In this document: positions 9,836-19,980 of the stretch, in pieces
Layout: every line of letters starts with the position of its first letter
Position numbering within the stretch: position 1 is the first letter of the stretch
NCBI GenBank assembly: GCA_038106525.1
Contig: JAYOEC010000004.1
Span: 1-49,773 of the forward strand
DNA: 49,773 bases
DNA from: Minisyncoccota bacterium
GTDB lineage: Bacteria > Patescibacteriota > Minisyncoccia > Phycocordibacterales > Phycocordibacteraceae
Direction of reading: 5' to 3'
Notes under the pieces: generated by a model
Database searches by the model: none
Told to the model about the DNA's origin: nothing
What the model saw: the letters and a program-made list of their open reading frames with translations, nothing else
Translations under genes and position numbers: made by a program

Positions 9836-9885
9836 CTCGCTCGCTTGGAGGCAAGGTCAGTAGTAAGTTTTGCTATACTGCTCTT

Positions 9886-11325
9886 ATGATTGGTTGGTTT
9901 CGGCGCGCACCACGGAGGCGTATACACCTCTACAATACCGCGTCGAAAAAGAAAGAGCTATTTGAGCCGCTTGCGTGCGGGATGGTCAAAGTGTATTCGT
10001 GCGGCCCAACAGTCTATAACTACATTCATATTGGCAACCTCCGCGCGTTTCTTCTTTCTGATGTGTTGCGACGGGTGTTTGAGTATGCCGAGTATCGCGT
10101 GCTCCAGGTTATGAATATTACCGATTTCGGCCATCTTGCCTCAGACGCTGATGCGGGTGAGGACAAAATGATGACCGGACTCCGTCGCGAGGGGCTCGAG
10201 CCAACGATGCACAACATGTTTTTACTTGCATCGAAATTTGTTGATGCCTTTCGTGAAGATCTGAGGTCAATGAATATCCTTACACCGCATGTGTTACCGC
10301 GTGCTTCCGAACATGTGCAGGGGATGATTGCGTATGTCGATGTGTTGTTGCACAAGGGATATGCGTACCGTCTTTCAGATGGCATTTACTTTGATACTGC
10401 GCGGTTTCCAAAATACGGTATGCTCGGCGGGTCCGCCTCGTTAGAGCACTCACGCACGGGTGTTTCGGGCGATAAGCGCGATCCGCGGGACTTTGCGCTC
10501 TGGAAGTTCAGCAGTGATCCGAACATGGGGTGGGAGGCGCCGTGGGGGAGGGGCTTTCCGGGGTGGCATACCGAGTGCACCGCAATGGCGACTCGATACC
10601 TTGGCAAAAGCTTTGACATTCATACTGGCGGTGTCGACCACATTGCAGTACATCACAATAACGAGTTGGCACAGGCAGAGGCAGCAAATCAAAAGCCATA
10701 CGCACGGTACTGGCTTCATAATGAATTCATTACGATCGACGGCACGAAGCTCTCAAAATCGCTCGGAAACGAGATTACCCTGCGCCAGCTCCGCGAGCGG
10801 GGCATCAGTCCGCTTGCGTACCGATACTGGTTGCTGACTGGCCACTATCGACAGAGCATGAATTTTTCTTGGGAGGCGGTTTCGGCGGCGCAGACTGCAC
10901 TATTTCGCGCCCTCAAATTGTTTACTGATCTTCGCGGGGACGGAACGGCGAATCAGGAGTACCTTGCACGATTCGAGGACGCGATCTTTGACGACCTGGG
11001 AACGCCGCAGGCTATCGCGATTCTTTGGGAGGTGCTCAAAGATGCGCTGTTGCAACCCAGGGACAAACGCGCCACTATCCTTGCCATGGACCAAGTGCTC
11101 GCAATCGGATTTTCTCTTACTGATGGAGAACGGCGGGCTTTAGAGGGAGAGTCCGCGCCACCAGCAGTAGTGTCTGCGCTGGTCGCGGATCGCGAGCGAT
11201 TCCGCGCGATAAAAAACTTTACTGCTGCTGACGCCACTCGCGAACAGATTCGCTCGCACGGGTATGAGGTTCTTGATACTGATGAGGGGCCTGTCGTCCG
11301 GCCAATTCATGCTACACTGGACTAG
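9886..11325 (+). CDS. cysS: cysteine--tRNA ligase
   Basis: YSCGPTVY, HIGN, PGWHTEC, HHNNE, KLSKS; start reassigned to ATG9886. Confidence 0.96.
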   Translation: MIGWFRRAPRRRIHLYNTASKKKELFEPLACGMVKVYSCGPTVYNYIHIGNLRAFLLSDVLRRVFEYAEYRVLQVMNITDFGHLASDADAGEDKMMTGLRREGLEPTMHNMFLLASKFVDAFREDLRSMNILTPHVLPRASEHVQGMIAYVDVLLHKGYAYRLSDGIYFDTARFPKYGMLGGSASLEHSRTGVSGDKRDPRDFALWKFSSDPNMGWEAPWGRGFPGWHTECTAMATRYLGKSFDIHTGGVDHIAVHHNNELAQAEAANQKPYARYWLHNEFITIDGTKLSKSLGNEITLRQLRERGISPLAYRYWLLTGHYRQSMNFSWEAVSAAQTALFRALKLFTDLRGDGTANQEYLARFEDAIFDDLGTPQAIAILWEVLKDALLQPRDKRATILAMDQVLAIGFSLTDGERRALEGESAPPAVVSALVADRERFRAIKNFTAADATREQIRSHGYEVLDTDEGPVVRPIHATLD

Positions 11326-11346
11326 TTAGCCATTAGCACCGTATTC

Positions 11347-11835
11347 ATGAATCGAACACATAGTTACATTGCAGTTGCCCTCGGAACTGCCGTGGTTGTT
11401 ATATTCCTTTTTTTAGGTTTTTTTGATATCACCGGTATGCAGCCATCAGAAGATCAAGGATCAACCGAGGTGCAGGCGCTCCTCGACGAAATTAGTAGAA
11501 CCGGAACCGTGTCAGAGCTTCGTGTTGTTGATACTGCGCCGGGGACTGGGGCAGGTGCACAGCCAGGCGATGTTGTGTCTGTCCATTACACTGGGGTATT
11601 GCCAGACGGAACAGTGTTTGATTCCTCACGGGAACGAGGCGAGCCGATCACCTTTACCCTCGGATCAGGGTATGTCATTCAGGGATGGGAACAGGGGCTC
11701 CAGGGCCTGCAGGTCGGCGGAAGGAGACTGCTTGCGATACCGCCTGAACTTGGCTATGGGGATCGTGGGCAGGGGAGCATCCCGCCACATGCGACGCTCA
11801 TCTTTGATGTCGAGCTTGTGAAGATCGGCGAGTAG
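11347..11835 (+). CDS. FKBP-type peptidyl-prolyl isomerase, membrane-anchored
   Basis: VHYTG, FDSS, VIQGW, IPPELGYG, LIFDVEL. Confidence 0.95.
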   Translation: MNRTHSYIAVALGTAVVVIFLFLGFFDITGMQPSEDQGSTEVQALLDEISRTGTVSELRVVDTAPGTGAGAQPGDVVSVHYTGVLPDGTVFDSSRERGEPITFTLGSGYVIQGWEQGLQGLQVGGRRLLAIPPELGYGDRGQGSIPPHATLIFDVELVKIGE

Positions 11836-11838
11836 CGG

Positions 11839-13056
11839 ATGGGCTCTCCAATCCGATTTGAGTTTGAGTCGCACGCCCCTTTGGGGCGTGTCGGCGTTAT
11901 TCATACGCCACACGGTTCATTCGAGACTCCAGCATTCTGCTGTGTCGGGACCAAGGCGTCAGTGAAAGGAGTTTTGCCGCGAGATCTTGCAAGGGTTGTT
12001 GGTGCAGAGGTAGCACTCGCAAATACTTATCATCTTTTTCTTCAGCCGGGGAGTGATACTGTTGCGGCCGCGGGCGGACTTGGAGCATTTATGCAGTGGA
12101 GTGGCCCAACGGTTACTGATTCGGGAGGGTTTCAAGTCTTCTCGCTCGGAGCGGGGTTTGGGAAGAAGGTCTCAAAATTTGAGGTACCTGAGGCATCATC
12201 TGACGGGGCGGCACCGGCAGTGTGGGATCAGGATGTGGCGTCACAGCATGGGCGGCTCGCGATTGTCGATGATGAGGGGGTGACTTTTACTTCCCACATC
12301 GATGGTTCGCTCCACCGTTTTACCCCCGAGCGCTCTGTCGAGATTCAGCATCAGCTCGGGGCAGATATCTTTTTTGCATTTGACGAGTGTACCAGTCCGG
12401 AAGCACCGCGCGAGTATCAGGTCGAGGCGATGCGCCGCACGCATCGGTGGGCTGCGCGGTCTCTCGCCACACATCGTGCGAACCTGGAGGCTCGCTCAAC
12501 GCAGGCAATCTTTGGTATTGTCCAGGGTGGTCGGTATCCTGAATTGCGCGCCGAGAGCGCTCGCGAAATCGGCAGCATGGGGTTTGATGGTTTTGGTATC
12601 GGCGGTTCGTTTAGCAAGCGCGATCTGGGAGAGGCACTTGCTGCTGCCGTTCACGAGCTGCCGCCAGATAAGCCACGGCACCTCCTTGGCATTGGCGAAC
12701 CGGAGGATCTTTTTGAAGGAGTGGCGCAGGGGATTGATATGTTTGACTGCGTGCTCCCGACACGGCTTGGCCGCACTGGCACTCTCTATACTTCTTCAGG
12801 AAAGGTTGATATTCGGAAGAGTGAGTTTGCGTCAGTGCATCAGCCATTCAGTACGGTGCCAGACCTCGCCGGGTTCTCATACGCGTACCTCAACCACCTG
12901 TTTCGTGCGGGAGAGATGCTCGGCCCCCTCCTCGCCTCCATGCATAATCTTGCGTTTATTGTGGGGCTGATGCGAGACATCCGCACCTCCCTTGTTGAGG
13001 GTGAATTTGATATGTTTAAGAACAAATTTCTTTCTCAGTATGCGCTGAAGAAGTAG
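11839..13056 (+). CDS. tgt: tRNA-guanine transglycosylase
   Basis: ANTYHL, TDSGGFQVFSL, FDEC, GIVQGG, DMFDCVLPTR. Confidence 0.93.
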   Translation: MGSPIRFEFESHAPLGRVGVIHTPHGSFETPAFCCVGTKASVKGVLPRDLARVVGAEVALANTYHLFLQPGSDTVAAAGGLGAFMQWSGPTVTDSGGFQVFSLGAGFGKKVSKFEVPEASSDGAAPAVWDQDVASQHGRLAIVDDEGVTFTSHIDGSLHRFTPERSVEIQHQLGADIFFAFDECTSPEAPREYQVEAMRRTHRWAARSLATHRANLEARSTQAIFGIVQGGRYPELRAESAREIGSMGFDGFGIGGSFSKRDLGEALAAAVHELPPDKPRHLLGIGEPEDLFEGVAQGIDMFDCVLPTRLGRTGTLYTSSGKVDIRKSEFASVHQPFSTVPDLAGFSYAYLNHLFRAGEMLGPLLASMHNLAFIVGLMRDIRTSLVEGEFDMFKNKFLSQYALKK

Positions 13057-13104
13057 GGATCCGTATAATTTGACAAGTAGCAAGTCGTGGTGTATAAAGG
13101 GTCC

Positions 13105-13230
13105 ATGACTCCGGCAGAAACATTTATACTTATAGTGGCAGGGGCTCTTGCAGTAGGGGCGGCTATTCATCCGCATACTGTCGAGAACGACGAGCCGCAC
13201 TATTGGGAACACGAACGGTACGGGTACTAA
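13105..13230 (+). CDS. small membrane peptide (41 aa; not in ORF track)
   Basis: MTPAETFILIVAGALAVGAAIHPHTVENDEPHYWEHERYGY; TTGACA(13070)-17bp-TATAAA(13093) then ATG 6 nt later. Confidence 0.55.
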   Translation: MTPAETFILIVAGALAVGAAIHPHTVENDEPHYWEHERYGY

Positions 13231-13252
13231 CCTCCTTTGCTATAGTGCTGGG

Positions 13253-15331
13253 GTGAGTCAGTTCGTACTCAAAACTTCGCATCAGCCGGCGGGCGATCAG
13301 CCTGCGGCAATCCGCGCGCTTGAGGAGGGTGTCCGGCGCGGCGACCGGCACCAGGTGCTTCTTGGCGTTACCGGATCAGGCAAGACTTTTACTGCGGCAA
13401 ATGTCATTGCGGCAGTTCAAAAACCAACTTTGGTTATTGCGCACAATAAGACACTTGCCGCACAGCTGACCCAAGAGTACCGTGAATTTTTCCCTGAAAA
13501 TGCGGTTCACTACTTTGTTTCATACTATGATCATTATCAGCCCGAGGCCTATGTCCCGCATTCGGACACCTACATCGAGAAAGAGGCGCAGATAAATGCA
13601 GAAATTGATCGGCTCCGTCACGCATCCACCCAAGCACTGCTGACGAGGAGTGATGTCATTATTGTTGCGTCGGTGTCGTGTATCTACGGCCTTGGCTCTC
13701 CGGACGAGTATGAAAAGGTACACCGTCGCATTGCGGTAGGGCAACCATTCGACCGTGCCGAATTCGTTCGATTTCTTATCTCACTTCAATTTGAGCGAGT
13801 ACAAGGAGATCTTCGGCCGGGCACCTTTCGTGCCGTTGGCCCCGTCGTCGAGGTTATGCCAGTCAATGAAACAGCGCTGTATCGTGTGGCCCCAGAGGGC
13901 GGCGCAATCATGAATATTGCGCGGCTTGATGCGGTGAGTCGAGCATTAGTTGACGAACCAAAAGAATTTTTCTTGTTTCCTGCAAAGCATTATGTGACTC
14001 CTGAGTCTGAGCGCGAGCGCGCGATTGCCGACATTGAAGGCGAACTCGCGTCCCAACTGAGTAAATTTGAGTCAGAGGGAAAGGTATTAGAGGCGGATCG
14101 GCTTAAGCGCCGGACTCGCTACGACCTTGCGCTCATCCGCGAGATCGGATATTGCAACGGTATCGAGAACTACTCACGGCATTTTGACGGCCGCACCTCT
14201 GGCGAACCACCATTCACATTGCTCTCATACTTTCCGCATCGCGCGGATGGCACGCCCGATTTTTTAACCGTTATCGACGAATCGCATGTTACGGTCCCGC
14301 AGCTTCAGGCGATGTATGCCGGTGACCAGTCGAGAAAGAAGACGCTTATTGATTTTGGTTTTCGGCTCCCCTCAGCGTCTGATAATCGCCCGCTCACTTT
14401 TTCGGAGTTCACTGAACGGGTGGGGCAGGTGATCTATACCTCTGCAACACCCGGTCCGTATGAACTCGAGCAGGCGTCCCAAGTTGTTGAGCAGGTAATC
14501 CGTCCCACGGGTCTGGTGGACCCGGAGATTTTGGTTCGACCAATTGCTGGTATTGAGGCCGAAGGGCAGGTGCACGACTTTATCCGCGAGGCAGCAGCAG
14601 TGGTGTCGGGTGGCGGCCGGGTTCTGGTTACCACGCTCACCAAAAAAATGGCTGAAGATCTTGCAGAGTTCCTGAAGCAAAAGCAGGTGAAGGCCGAGTA
14701 TATCCACTCTGATATTAAGACCATCGATCGTATCACCATTCTGACCAAGTTTCGCAAAGGAGAGTTTGACTGTTTGGTCGGTGTCAACCTTCTGCGGGAG
14801 GGGCTCGACCTCCCCGAAGTCGAGCTGGTTGGTATCCTCGACGCCGACAAGGAGGGATTCCTCCGCTCCGAGACCTCGCTCATTCAGACCATCGGCCGCG
14901 CAGCGCGGAATGTAAAGGGGCGCGTCATTGTGTATGCGGACCAGATGACCGGCGCGCTTGAGCGCGCAATCCGCGAGACCAACCGCCGCCGCGAGAGGCA
15001 GATTGCGTACAATCGCGAGCATGGAATCACGCCTACCAGCATCAAAAAAAGCATTAAAGACATCACCGAGACTCTGCAAGCGGAACGCGAGAAAGCTGTG
15101 GGGCTGCTCCTCAGTCTGGATAGCGATCGCACCACCGACCCAAAAGCACTACAACAGCTGATCGCTGAGCGACGGAGCGCAATGGAGGAGGCAGTGCAGA
15201 TGCTTGATTTTGAGACGGCCGCGCTCATCCGCGACGAAGTATACAAGCTTGAGGAGCGCTTGCCGGCTCCTCAAAAACGGCGCAAGAAACCCTTCGGAGC
15301 TCGTGATGCTCGGATATTCCTTGACGAGTAA
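13253..15331 (+). CDS. uvrB: excinuclease ABC subunit B
   Basis: GVTGSGKT, YYDHYQPEAY, DESH, QTIGRAARN, C-terminal UVR coil. Confidence 0.97.
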   Translation: MSQFVLKTSHQPAGDQPAAIRALEEGVRRGDRHQVLLGVTGSGKTFTAANVIAAVQKPTLVIAHNKTLAAQLTQEYREFFPENAVHYFVSYYDHYQPEAYVPHSDTYIEKEAQINAEIDRLRHASTQALLTRSDVIIVASVSCIYGLGSPDEYEKVHRRIAVGQPFDRAEFVRFLISLQFERVQGDLRPGTFRAVGPVVEVMPVNETALYRVAPEGGAIMNIARLDAVSRALVDEPKEFFLFPAKHYVTPESERERAIADIEGELASQLSKFESEGKVLEADRLKRRTRYDLALIREIGYCNGIENYSRHFDGRTSGEPPFTLLSYFPHRADGTPDFLTVIDESHVTVPQLQAMYAGDQSRKKTLIDFGFRLPSASDNRPLTFSEFTERVGQVIYTSATPGPYELEQASQVVEQVIRPTGLVDPEILVRPIAGIEAEGQVHDFIREAAAVVSGGGRVLVTTLTKKMAEDLAEFLKQKQVKAEYIHSDIKTIDRITILTKFRKGEFDCLVGVNLLREGLDLPEVELVGILDADKEGFLRSETSLIQTIGRAARNVKGRVIVYADQMTGALERAIRETNRRRERQIAYNREHGITPTSIKKSIKDITETLQAEREKAVGLLLSLDSDRTTDPKALQQLIAERRSAMEEAVQMLDFETAALIRDEVYKLEERLPAPQKRRKKPFGARDARIFLDE

Positions 15332-15356
15332 TGGAGGAGGCGATACTCTTTGTCAT

Positions 15357-15626
15357 ATGATTAGTGGACCAGGGTTCGAAAGTGGTGCATGGGTTGGCGA
15401 GGGGACCGCGGGCAATCCTAAATCTCTTGCAAACTCGATGAACCGTGCACGCGAAAAAGCACAGCAAGCTGTCGGTAGAGACCCGGCGGCGCAAAACAGA
15501 GAGCTAGCAACGGCGCTGGATTTTGCAAAACAGCTGCTCGCATGCGCACCGCTTGAGCGCACTCGAGACGGAGTGACTCATTTTGAGATTGTGACTGCAC
15601 AAAATCTTGTTCGCCAAGCAAACTAA
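15357..15626 (+). CDS. hypothetical protein
   Basis: fills the uvrB-uvrA gap; ATG15357 follows GATACT; no motif recognised. Confidence 0.45.
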   Translation: MISGPGFESGAWVGEGTAGNPKSLANSMNRAREKAQQAVGRDPAAQNRELATALDFAKQLLACAPLERTRDGVTHFEIVTAQNLVRQAN

Positions 15627-15677
15627 TCTGTGCCGTGCTATGGTGGGGGTGCCGCCGCTTTGGGCGGTTCTTCGGCT

Positions 15678-18284
15678 ATGAGTGCAAAAAAGAAAGAGGA
15701 GCACGGGCAACTCGATACCATCCGCGTGCGCGGCGCAAAGACGCACAATCTGAAGAATATTTCGGTCGAATTGCCACGAAACAAGATGGTAGTCTTTACC
15801 GGCCTTTCCGGATCGGGCAAGTCGTCGCTTGCGTTTGATACCATCTTTGCCGAAGGTCAACGCCGGTATGTCGAGTCGCTCTCAGCCTATGCGCGCCAGT
15901 TTTTAAATCAGATGTCAAAGCCTGATGTCGAGGAAATCACCGGACTCTCGCCCGCAATATCAATCGATCAAAAGTCACGATCTAACAATCCTCGTTCAAC
16001 GGTGGCGACCATTACGGAAATTTACGACTACCTCCGCATCCTGTATGCGCGTGTCGGTCAGCCATACTGTCTTACCGACGATGTGCCAATCGAAAGGCTC
16101 TCAAAGGAGGAAATCTTAAAAATTATCCTTCGCACCGTTGAAGCCGAGGATATACAAAAGAGTTCAAAAAAAGTGCTCGGTGTGCCGGTGTCCGGCGCTG
16201 CGGTGCGCATCCTTGCGCCAGTAGTGGTTGGCCGGAAGGGCGAGTACTATCAACTTCTGTACGATCTCCTCGGCAAAGGATATGAGAAGGTGGTGGTCGA
16301 CGGCGTCGGGCATCGGCTCCGCGAGCGAATTACGCTTGAAAAGACCAAAGTCCACGACATTGATGTTGTAGTAGACGAGATATTCCTTTCTGAATTTGAG
16401 AGCGCATCAGAGAGCGCGCGTGAGCGACTTTCCGAGGCGGTAGAGCTTGCGCTGAAAGAATCGAACGGTCTGGTAAGAATCAAGAATCCCGCAGGCGAAG
16501 AGCGGCTGCTCTCGGCCAAATTTATCTGCCCGAGCGACGGATCATCGTTCCCTGAAGTTGAACCACGCCTTTTTTCCTTCAACTCGCCGTATGGTGCGTG
16601 TCCTGAATGCAATGGGCTTGGAACAGTTGGCTTTTTCAGTCTAGACCAGTGCCCAAAGTGTTCTGGGGCGCGGCTTCGGCCCGAGGCACTCCGCGTATTT
16701 CTTGGCGGTGGCCCGAATGTCGGCAGGAATATCGTCGAGCTCACGCGGCTTTCAATCGTTGATGCCAAGTCTTTTATCACAGAGCTTGCACTCACCAAGA
16801 AACAAGAAGAGATATCAACCTCGGTTTTAAAAGAGATCACTGCCCGACTCGACTTCATGATTAATGTTGGCATCGGGTACCTAACACTGGATCGCACTGC
16901 AAACACTCTTTCGGGCGGTGAGGCGCAACGCATCAGGCTCGCGTCGCAGCTCGGTTCTGGCTTGGTGGGTGCACTCTATGTGCTCGATGAACCAACCATT
17001 GGTCTCCATCAAAAAGACAACGATCAGCTTATCAAGACACTGGTCCGGCTCCGTGATATCGGGAACACTATTATTGTGGTTGAGCATGATGAAGACACCA
17101 TCTTTGCATCAGACTACCTTGTTGATATTGGTCCCGGCGCGGGTGTCCACGGCGGCACTGTGGTGGTGTCGGGCTGGCTCGAGGAGCTGCTGACGGCAAA
17201 AAAGAATACCAGTGGTTCCGCGACGCTCGCGTACCTCCGCGGAGAACGAAAGATCGAAGTCCCTGCCGAGCGACGCACCGAGCAAAAAGGAGCGCTGAAG
17301 ATTCGCAAGGGGGTGGTACATAACATTACAAACATGGATGTCGATGTTCCGCTCGGCAGGCTTACGGTCATTACTGGCGTCTCAGGATCGGGGAAGTCGA
17401 CATTTATGTACGACATCCTGCACCGGAACCTCCGCGCGCGTCTCGAGTACAAGTACCGCTCACCAAAAACATTTAACTGTACAAGCTTTAGCGGATCCGA
17501 ATATCTCTCTCGCGTCATTCTGATCGACCAGTCGCCGATTGGCCGCACGCCGCGTTCGAATCCGGTCACCTATACCGGCGCCTTTACTCACATCCGCGAA
17601 ATGTTTGCCGCTACTGCCGAGGCGCGGGCGCGCGGGTGGAAATCAAACCGCTTTAGTTTCAATGTGAAAGGCGGAAGATGCGAGGCATGTCAAGGCAACG
17701 GCACTATTGCAGTTGAAATGCACTTTTTGCCGACCGTATTTGCCACCTGCGATGTATGCAACGGCACGCGTTTTATGCAGGAGACTCTGGATATCAAGTA
17801 CAAGGGTAAGAATATCAACGAGGTACTCCATATGACCATCGAGGAAGGTCTTGCATTTTTTGCCGATATTCCAGCGATTCATGACCGATTGAGCACCTTG
17901 TCTGCAGTAGGGCTCGGGTATCTCGAGCTTGGGCAATCGGCAACCACATTGTCTGGTGGCGAAGCTCAGCGCGTTAAAATATCTTCCGAACTGTATCGCC
18001 GTCACACTGAAAAGACCATCTACCTTCTCGACGAGCCGACCATCGGTCTCCACTACGAGGATGTTAAAAAGCTGATCGAGATTTTGCAGTCGCTGGTTGA
18101 CAAGGGCAATACAGTGGTGATTATCGAGCACAACATGGACCTGATTAAGTGTGCAGATTATCTTATTGATATTGGCCCCGAGGGCGGGGTAGGTGGCGGC
18201 AAAGTAGTTGCTGCAGGTACCCCCGAAGAAGTGGCACGGGTCAAAGGATCGCACACGGGGCACTACCTCAAGCGCTACCTGTAA
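15678..18284 (+). CDS. uvrA: excinuclease ABC subunit A
   Basis: two ABC modules ([24 protein letters not shown] x2), CEAC..CDVC zinc finger. Confidence 0.97.
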   Translation: MSAKKKEEHGQLDTIRVRGAKTHNLKNISVELPRNKMVVFTGLSGSGKSSLAFDTIFAEGQRRYVESLSAYARQFLNQMSKPDVEEITGLSPAISIDQKSRSNNPRSTVATITEIYDYLRILYARVGQPYCLTDDVPIERLSKEEILKIILRTVEAEDIQKSSKKVLGVPVSGAAVRILAPVVVGRKGEYYQLLYDLLGKGYEKVVVDGVGHRLRERITLEKTKVHDIDVVVDEIFLSEFESASESARERLSEAVELALKESNGLVRIKNPAGEERLLSAKFICPSDGSSFPEVEPRLFSFNSPYGACPECNGLGTVGFFSLDQCPKCSGARLRPEALRVFLGGGPNVGRNIVELTRLSIVDAKSFITELALTKKQEEISTSVLKEITARLDFMINVGIGYLTLDRTANTLSGGEAQRIRLASQLGSGLVGALYVLDEPTIGLHQKDNDQLIKTLVRLRDIGNTIIVVEHDEDTIFASDYLVDIGPGAGVHGGTVVVSGWLEELLTAKKNTSGSATLAYLRGERKIEVPAERRTEQKGALKIRKGVVHNITNMDVDVPLGRLTVITGVSGSGKSTFMYDILHRNLRARLEYKYRSPKTFNCTSFSGSEYLSRVILIDQSPIGRTPRSNPVTYTGAFTHIREMFAATAEARARGWKSNRFSFNVKGGRCEACQGNGTIAVEMHFLPTVFATCDVCNGTRFMQETLDIKYKGKNINEVLHMTIEEGLAFFADIPAIHDRLSTLSAVGLGYLELGQSATTLSGGEAQRVKISSELYRRHTEKTIYLLDEPTIGLHYEDVKKLIEILQSLVDKGNTVVIIEHNMDLIKCADYLIDIGPEGGVGGGKVVAAGTPEEVARVKGSHTGHYLKRYL

Positions 18285-18331
18285 GAGGCGGTTGCATGCA
18301 GGTGTCGGCATCGGTTATAGTTCCTCTCACC

Positions 18332-19339
18332 ATGCGAGAGGGGTATTCTGCTAAACCGGTGTACGAGTCAGAGCGGCCAGTCTTTACGGGCACTATTGGT
18401 TTTGATTTTGTATTTGAGCGTCAGCCCGATGGCAGCAAAAAGCCGTACTGCGTTGAGTTCAACGGGCATAATTCCGGTATTGAAGGTGCGGTTGCGGTTG
18501 AGAAAGATCCGTTACGAAGGTCAATTATTCAGCTTCGCGCCATGTCCAGTACCCGCGAGGCCGAGAGGATGATAGAGGCGGCCCGCCAGGTGTTTGCTCC
18601 TTATATCCGTCGTGCTGGAGGCGCTCGCCAAAAAGAACTGGAGAAGGAAAAAAATCGTTTGATTGACGATATATTGTTGCGAGTGCCGCATCCTCAACTT
18701 GCATTTTCAAACCCTGATGTAATCGAAGAGATCTCTCGAAGAAAAAATATGCACCGCGCACTTATTCCTGCTGATTATATTCCGCGGTCGTACGAGCTTG
18801 AGGGTTCGAACCAGCCACCCCAATCAGGTTACTGGATTTGTAAACCGATCTCTGGCTCGTGCGGGGAGCATATTGAAATACATCACTGGACACGGATTTA
18901 TAAAGACTTTATTGAACCCAAAGGTTCACTAATCGATGCGTGGGATATCTCAGAGTTCATTGTTCCTGCTGGAGCCGATGCTGCGTCGAAGTCGTTTAGT
19001 AGGAGGCCAGCCTCGCTCAGGCTGCTCATTGATTTTGCATACTATAAAGATAGGACCATTCGGCCAGTGTTTGTTGCAGCCTACCAGCGCGTCGCTCGGT
19101 CAGGGGCCCCTCGTCTGGGTCGCTCATGGAAACCGAATCATGCGCTCGATGCATATATTGTGAATCGTTCTCGTGGTGCCGTATCAGTGTCAGCATCTAA
19201 AGATGAGGTCGAGGCGTGTATGCCGATTGCGCTTCAGACCATCCAAAACCTTGCAAAAATGGTTCGCCCGCGGAGCGAGAGTGTAGATCAGTGGATCATC
19301 CGTCTAGAGCCCAAAGATCAACCTTTTGGTCAGTCGTAG
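18332..19339 (+). CDS. putative circularly permuted ATP-grasp protein
   Basis: GFDF...PYCVEFN near N-terminus; WICKPISGSCGEHI, ISEFI, LRL and VNRSRG later. Confidence 0.6.
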   Translation: MREGYSAKPVYESERPVFTGTIGFDFVFERQPDGSKKPYCVEFNGHNSGIEGAVAVEKDPLRRSIIQLRAMSSTREAERMIEAARQVFAPYIRRAGGARQKELEKEKNRLIDDILLRVPHPQLAFSNPDVIEEISRRKNMHRALIPADYIPRSYELEGSNQPPQSGYWICKPISGSCGEHIEIHHWTRIYKDFIEPKGSLIDAWDISEFIVPAGADAASKSFSRRPASLRLLIDFAYYKDRTIRPVFVAAYQRVARSGAPRLGRSWKPNHALDAYIVNRSRGAVSVSASKDEVEACMPIALQTIQNLAKMVRPRSESVDQWIIRLEPKDQPFGQS

Positions 19340-19358
19340 AGGAGTGGATAACTTGGTT

Positions 19359-19384
19359 GCATAGCGAACGACCGTTCGCTATGC
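19359..19384. promoter_or_regulatory. LexA operator (SOS/Cheo box) within the lexA promoter
   Basis: perfect palindrome GCATAGCGAACG-AC-CGTTCGCTATGC containing CGAAC-N4-GTTCG, spanning TTGCAT(-35, 19357) to TATGCT(-10, 19380). Confidence 0.8.
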
Positions 19385-19391
19385 TTCGGAT

Positions 19392-19973
19392 ATGTTATAT
19401 ACAAGCACTGATACAGCTCATGCACGGAAGATCAATCAGTTTTATCGTTCGCACTGGCGCATGCCCTCGTACGCTGAAATTATGGAGATCACTGGCCTCC
19501 GTTCTAAGGACTCGGTTTTTAAGCTGGTCGAACGACTTCGTCGGCAAGGCACGCTCAGCAAGGATCGTCGTGGCAGATTAATACCCCGTACGGTACTTGG
19601 TGAGATCCGTCTTCTTGGTCTCGTAGAAGCCGGATTCCCCGCACAGGCAGAGGAGGCTGAGCTTGGTACCATGTCGCTTGATGAGTACCTGATACAAAAC
19701 CGCGATGCCACATACCTCCTTAAAGTGAAAGGGGAATCGATGAAGGACGCGGGGATTGTTGAGGGAGATATGGTAGTGGTCGAGCGGACAAATAATCCGA
19801 AGGTTGGCGAGATCGTCATTGCAGAAGTTGATGGCGAGTGGACTATGAAGTTTCTGCGCAAAAAAGGCAGCGCCTACTATCTTGAGGCGGCAAACGACCG
19901 CTACCCAGATATTCATCCTGAAGGCGAGCTTACAATTGCTGCAGTGGTCCGCGGCGTCGTCCGGAAGTACTAG
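19392..19973 (+). CDS. lexA: LexA-family repressor / S24 autopeptidase
   Basis: N-terminal wHTH (PSYAEIM...S..SV), AG cleavage site in EAGFP, GESM Ser and TMK Lys. Confidence 0.88.
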   Translation: MLYTSTDTAHARKINQFYRSHWRMPSYAEIMEITGLRSKDSVFKLVERLRRQGTLSKDRRGRLIPRTVLGEIRLLGLVEAGFPAQAEEAELGTMSLDEYLIQNRDATYLLKVKGESMKDAGIVEGDMVVVERTNNPKVGEIVIAEVDGEWTMKFLRKKGSAYYLEAANDRYPDIHPEGELTIAAVVRGVVRKY

Positions 19974-19980
19974 CCAGCGC

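Noticed and set aside
9613-9885. Long N-terminal extensions in the ORF track (cysS; also aldolase, nrdA, dipZ, MTase, fmt, pbp2, mraZ)
   Set aside because: They overlap upstream genes or terminators; homology and -10 or overlap signals point to later starts.
13201-15677. SOS boxes upstream of uvrB and uvrA
   Set aside because: Only half-sites (GAAC or GTTC) were seen, with no GAAC-N4-GTTC.
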